A stretch of DNA of 64,000 nucleotides from an uncultured Actinomycetes bacterium. Its GTDB lineage: Bacteria > Actinomycetota > UBA4738 > HRBIN12. The DNA lies in the NCBI GenBank assembly GCA_963810635.1, contig CAWEOB010000008.1:181382-245381 (forward strand). The letters are read 5' to 3'. The first letter of the stretch is position 1, and each line of letters opens with the position of its first letter. Shown here in pieces: positions 61,388 to 64,000 of the stretch. The position numbers were made by a program, and so were the translations under genes. Under the pieces are notes generated by a model. That model was not told where the DNA came from. It searched no databases and saw only the letters and a list, made by a program, of their open reading frames with translations.

Positions 61388-62218
61388 GTGGAGTACCTGG
61401 TTCCGGACGGTGTCGCCGCCGCCGCCGCCATGAAGGCCGGCGGCGCGACGGTGCTGGCCGGCGGCACCGACGTCTACCCTCAGCACGTCGGCCGGCCGCT
61501 GCCGGAGACGGTCGTCGACATCGGTGGGATCGAGGCGCTCCGAGGCATCACCGAGACCACGGATGCCTTCCGGATCGGCGGGCTGACCCGATGGGCCGAG
61601 ATCGCGGCCACCGCGCTCCCGTCGTGCTTCGACGGGCTGCGCGCCGCGGCGCGCGAGGTCGGTTCGGTCCAGGTGCAGAACGCGGGCACCGTTGGTGGCA
61701 ACCTCTGCAACGCGTCCCCCGCCGCCGACGGAATCCCTCCCCTGCTGACCCTCGATGCGGCCGTCGAGATGACCTCGCCGTCGGGGACCCGCGTCCTCCC
61801 GCTCGAGGACTTCCTGACCGGGTACCGGCGGACGGCGCTCCGGCCCGATGAGCTCGTTACCGCGGTGCTCGTGCCGCGGGCGCGGGAGGAGGCGCGGGCC
61901 GGCTTCGCGAAGCTGGGGCTGCGCCGGTACCTGGTGATCTCCGTCGTGATGGTGGCGGTCACCGCACGCATCGACGAGGGGATCGTGACCGACGCGCGGG
62001 TGGTGGTGGGCGCCTGCTCCCCCGTCGCCCGGCGCCTTCGGACCCTCGAAGCCGACCTCGAAGGCCGGCCGCTCGAGGGGATCGGCGACACGGCCACCGC
62101 TGAGCACCTCACGGCCCTCACGCCGATCGACGACGTCCGGGCCACCGCCGCGTACCGGCTGGACGCCGCCCTCACGCTCGTGCGTCGGACGCTCGACGGC
62201 ATCGGCGGTACGCGATGA
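61388..62218 (+). CDS. Xanthine dehydrogenase family FAD-binding (medium) subunit
   Basis: GGATVLAGGTDVYP...VQNAGTVGGNLCNASPAADG...FAKLGLRRYLVISVV. Confidence 0.85.
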   Translation: MEYLVPDGVAAAAAMKAGGATVLAGGTDVYPQHVGRPLPETVVDIGGIEALRGITETTDAFRIGGLTRWAEIAATALPSCFDGLRAAAREVGSVQVQNAGTVGGNLCNASPAADGIPPLLTLDAAVEMTSPSGTRVLPLEDFLTGYRRTALRPDELVTAVLVPRAREEARAGFAKLGLRRYLVISVVMVAVTARIDEGIVTDARVVVGACSPVARRLRTLEADLEGRPLEGIGDTATAEHLTALTPIDDVRATAAYRLDAALTLVRRTLDGIGGTR

Positions 62219-64000
62219 GCACCGTCACGTTCGCCGTCAACGGCTCTCCCGTGGAGACGACGGCGACGGCTCGTCGGCTCAGCGAGTACCTCCGCACCGA
62301 ACGAGGGCTGACGGCCACGAAGGTCGGTTGCGATGCGGGCGACTGCGGCGCGTGCACCGTGCTCCTCGACGGGGAGCCGGTCAGCGCCTGCATGACCTCG
62401 GTCGGCGGCCTCGACGGTCGCGCCGTCGAGACCCTCGAAGGCTTGGATGCGAGCGGCGACATCGCGCAGCTCCAGCGATCGTTCCTCCAGCACGGCGCCG
62501 CCCAGTGCGGGATCTGCACCCCCGGCATGCTCGTGGCCGCGGCCGCCCTGCTGCGCGATGCCGCCGAGCCCACCGAGCACCAGGTGATGGACGCCCTGGG
62601 TGGCGTCCTGTGCCGGTGCACCGGGTACCGCAAGATCATCTCGGCCGTCATGACCGCGCACGGGTCGGAGGCCGACGACGTGCCGCCGCCCGTGGGCAAG
62701 GCGGTCGGCCACCGGGTCCGGCGCGTCGACGGTCCGGCCAAGGTCCGCGGTACCGACGCCTTCGGCGACGACGAGGCACCCGGCGATGCACTCGTGATCC
62801 GCGTCGTCCGGTCCCCCTACCCCCGCGCCCGGTTCCGGCTCGGCGACCTCGACGGGTTCGTGGCCGCGAACCCGGGCGTCGTCGCGCTCTTCACCGCGTC
62901 CGACGTCCCGGGCCGCAACGTCTTCGGGGTGATCCCGGCGACGGCGGACCAGCCGGTGTTCGCCGAGGACGAGGTGCGGTTCCGCGGCGAGGCCGTGGCG
63001 ATGGTCGTGGGCGACGCGGTCGCCACGGGCGCGCTCGACCTCGCGACCTTCCCGGTCGCCTGGGAGGAGCTGCCACCCGTCACCGGTCTGGACGAGGCCG
63101 CTCGGGACGATGCGCCGCTGCTGCACGCCACGCGCGCGGGCAACGTGCTGATCCGCGGGAACGTGCGGCAGGGTGATCTCGACGCGGTGTTCGCGGACGC
63201 CGAGGTCGAGGTCGAGGGCGCGTTCGAGACCGGGTTCATCGAGCACGCCTACCTCGAGCCGGAAGCCGGATCCGCGGAGCGGATCGGCGACCGGGTCGAG
63301 GTGCGGGTGACCACCCAGTCGCCGCACATGGATCGCGACGAGATCGCGGCCATCCTCGGCGTGCCCGAGGATGGCGTGCGGATCCTGCCCACGGCGGTGG
63401 GCGGCGGGTTCGGGAGCAAGCTCGACCTGTCGGTCCAGCCGTACCTGGCGCTCGCCGCGTGGAAGCTCGGCCGCCCGGTGCGTCTCGCCTACACGCGACC
63501 CGAGTCGATGATGTCGACCACGAAGCGCCACCCCTCGCGCATGCGCGTGCGGATCGGCGCGTCGCGCGACGGGCGGTTGCGTGCGATGGACTTCACCGGC
63601 GAGTTCGACACGGGCGCCTACGCGTCCTGGGGGTCCACGGTGGCGAACCGGGTGCCGGTCCATGCCGGTGGCCCGTACCGCTACGACGCGTACCGAGCCC
63701 GCACCGTGGCCGTGCACACGAACGCCCCGCCCTCGGGCGCGTTCCGCGGGTTCGGGGTGCCGCAGTCGACGATCGCCACCGAGTGCCTGCTCGACGAGCT
63801 CGCCGACGCCGTGGGGCTCGACCGGCTCGAGTTCCGGCTGCGGAACGCGCTCGTGGCGGGTCACCCCACGGTGACCGGCCAGGTGTTCGACCGCGGCGTG
63901 GGCTACCGGGAGTGCCTGGAGGCGCTCCGGCCGCACTGGCAGCGGGCCCGCCGCGACGCGGCGGGCGCCGCGGACGTCCCGTCACCCGGCACGGGCCGGA
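62215..64000 (+). CDS. Xanthine dehydrogenase family fused [2Fe-2S] small subunit plus molybdopterin-binding large subunit (3' end outside the window)
   Basis: Not in the ORF track because it has no stop. I translated it by hand from ATG 62215, which overlaps the upstream stop (ATGA). It reads CDAGDCGACTV, QCGICTPG and CRCTGYRKI, then continues without a stop into VRGTDAFGDD...FRGEAVAMVVGD...GGGFGSKLD...FRGFGVPQ up to base 64000. Confidence 0.85.
   Translation, partial: MSTVTFAVNGSPVETTATARRLSEYLRTERGLTATKVGCDAGDCGACTVLLDGEPVSACMTSVGGLDGRAVETLEGLDASGDIAQLQRSFLQHGAAQCGICTPGMLVAAAALLRDAAEPTEHQVMDALGGVLCRCTGYRKIISAVMTAHGSEADDVPPPVGKAVGHRVRRVDGPAKVRGTDAFGDDEAPGDALVIRVVRSPYPRARFRLGDLDGFVAANPGVVALFTASDVPGRNVFGVIPATADQPVFAEDEVRFRGEAVAMVVGDAVATGALDLATFPVAWEELPPVTGLDEAARDDAPLLHATRAGNVLIRGNVRQGDLDAVFADAEVEVEGAFETGFIEHAYLEPEAGSAERIGDRVEVRVTTQSPHMDRDEIAAILGVPEDGVRILPTAVGGGFGSKLDLSVQPYLALAAWKLGRPVRLAYTRPESMMSTTKRHPSRMRVRIGASRDGRLRAMDFTGEFDTGAYASWGSTVANRVPVHAGGPYRYDAYRARTVAVHTNAPPSGAFRGFGVPQSTIATECLLDELADAVGLDRLEFRLRNALVAGHPTVTGQVFDRGVGYRECLEALRPHWQRARRDAAGAADVPSPGTGR

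Overview
This is a high-GC (by eye about 70%) chromosomal segment. It carries the conserved gene order typical of Actinomycetota, almost all on the minus strand: tig-clpP-clpX ... valS-folC-ndk ... mreB-mreC-mreD-pbp2-rodA ... rne-rplU-rpmA-obg ... nadD-(LytR_C protein)-rsfS-tRNA-Ala. A plus-strand fabD-fabH-fabG-acpP-fabF operon and several accessory blocks interrupt this backbone. The left ~10 kb is accessory. It holds a sulfatase fragment, three tandem paralogous secreted NHL-repeat double beta-propeller proteins, a GNAT acetyltransferase, a secreted delta-60-repeat protein and an opine-dehydrogenase-family gene, and it ends at the 3' side of tRNA-Ala(GGC). Other accessory content: (1) a receiver-histidine kinase hybrid with no sensor domain; (2) an HdeD / unknown membrane protein / YihY array upstream of valS; (3) a 1192-aa zinc-ribbon / class III nucleotide cyclase / STAND ATPase / helical-repeat protein; (4) a META-domain lipoprotein; (5) an ArsR-SRPBCC pair and a TetR; (6) AzlCD plus a DmpA/S58 peptidase; (7) a three-gene operon with overlapping stop and start codons, encoding an 87-aa Asp-rich tandem-repeat protein, a JmjC/cupin-4 oxygenase and a sucrase/ferredoxin-like protein; (8) a xanthine-dehydrogenase-family operon whose [2Fe-2S] and molybdopterin subunits are fused and which runs off the right edge (it is absent from the ORF track). 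I saw no rRNA, CRISPR array, transposase, integrase or phage genes. The dominant technical observation is roughly 25-30 apparent single-base frameshifts, about one per 2-3 kb. They fall in essential genes (mreB, mreC, pbp2, rodA, clpX, tig, fabH, rsfS, rne) as well as accessory ones, and several sit at short homopolymer runs. I read them as assembly or sequencing indels, not pseudogenisation, so I report each affected gene as one CDS spanning its fragments. The most system-like novelty candidates are the acidic-repeat / JmjC / ferredoxin-like operon (58516-60866) and the secreted beta-propeller island (1-8700). Neither matches a system I can name, and all functional ideas about them are inference.
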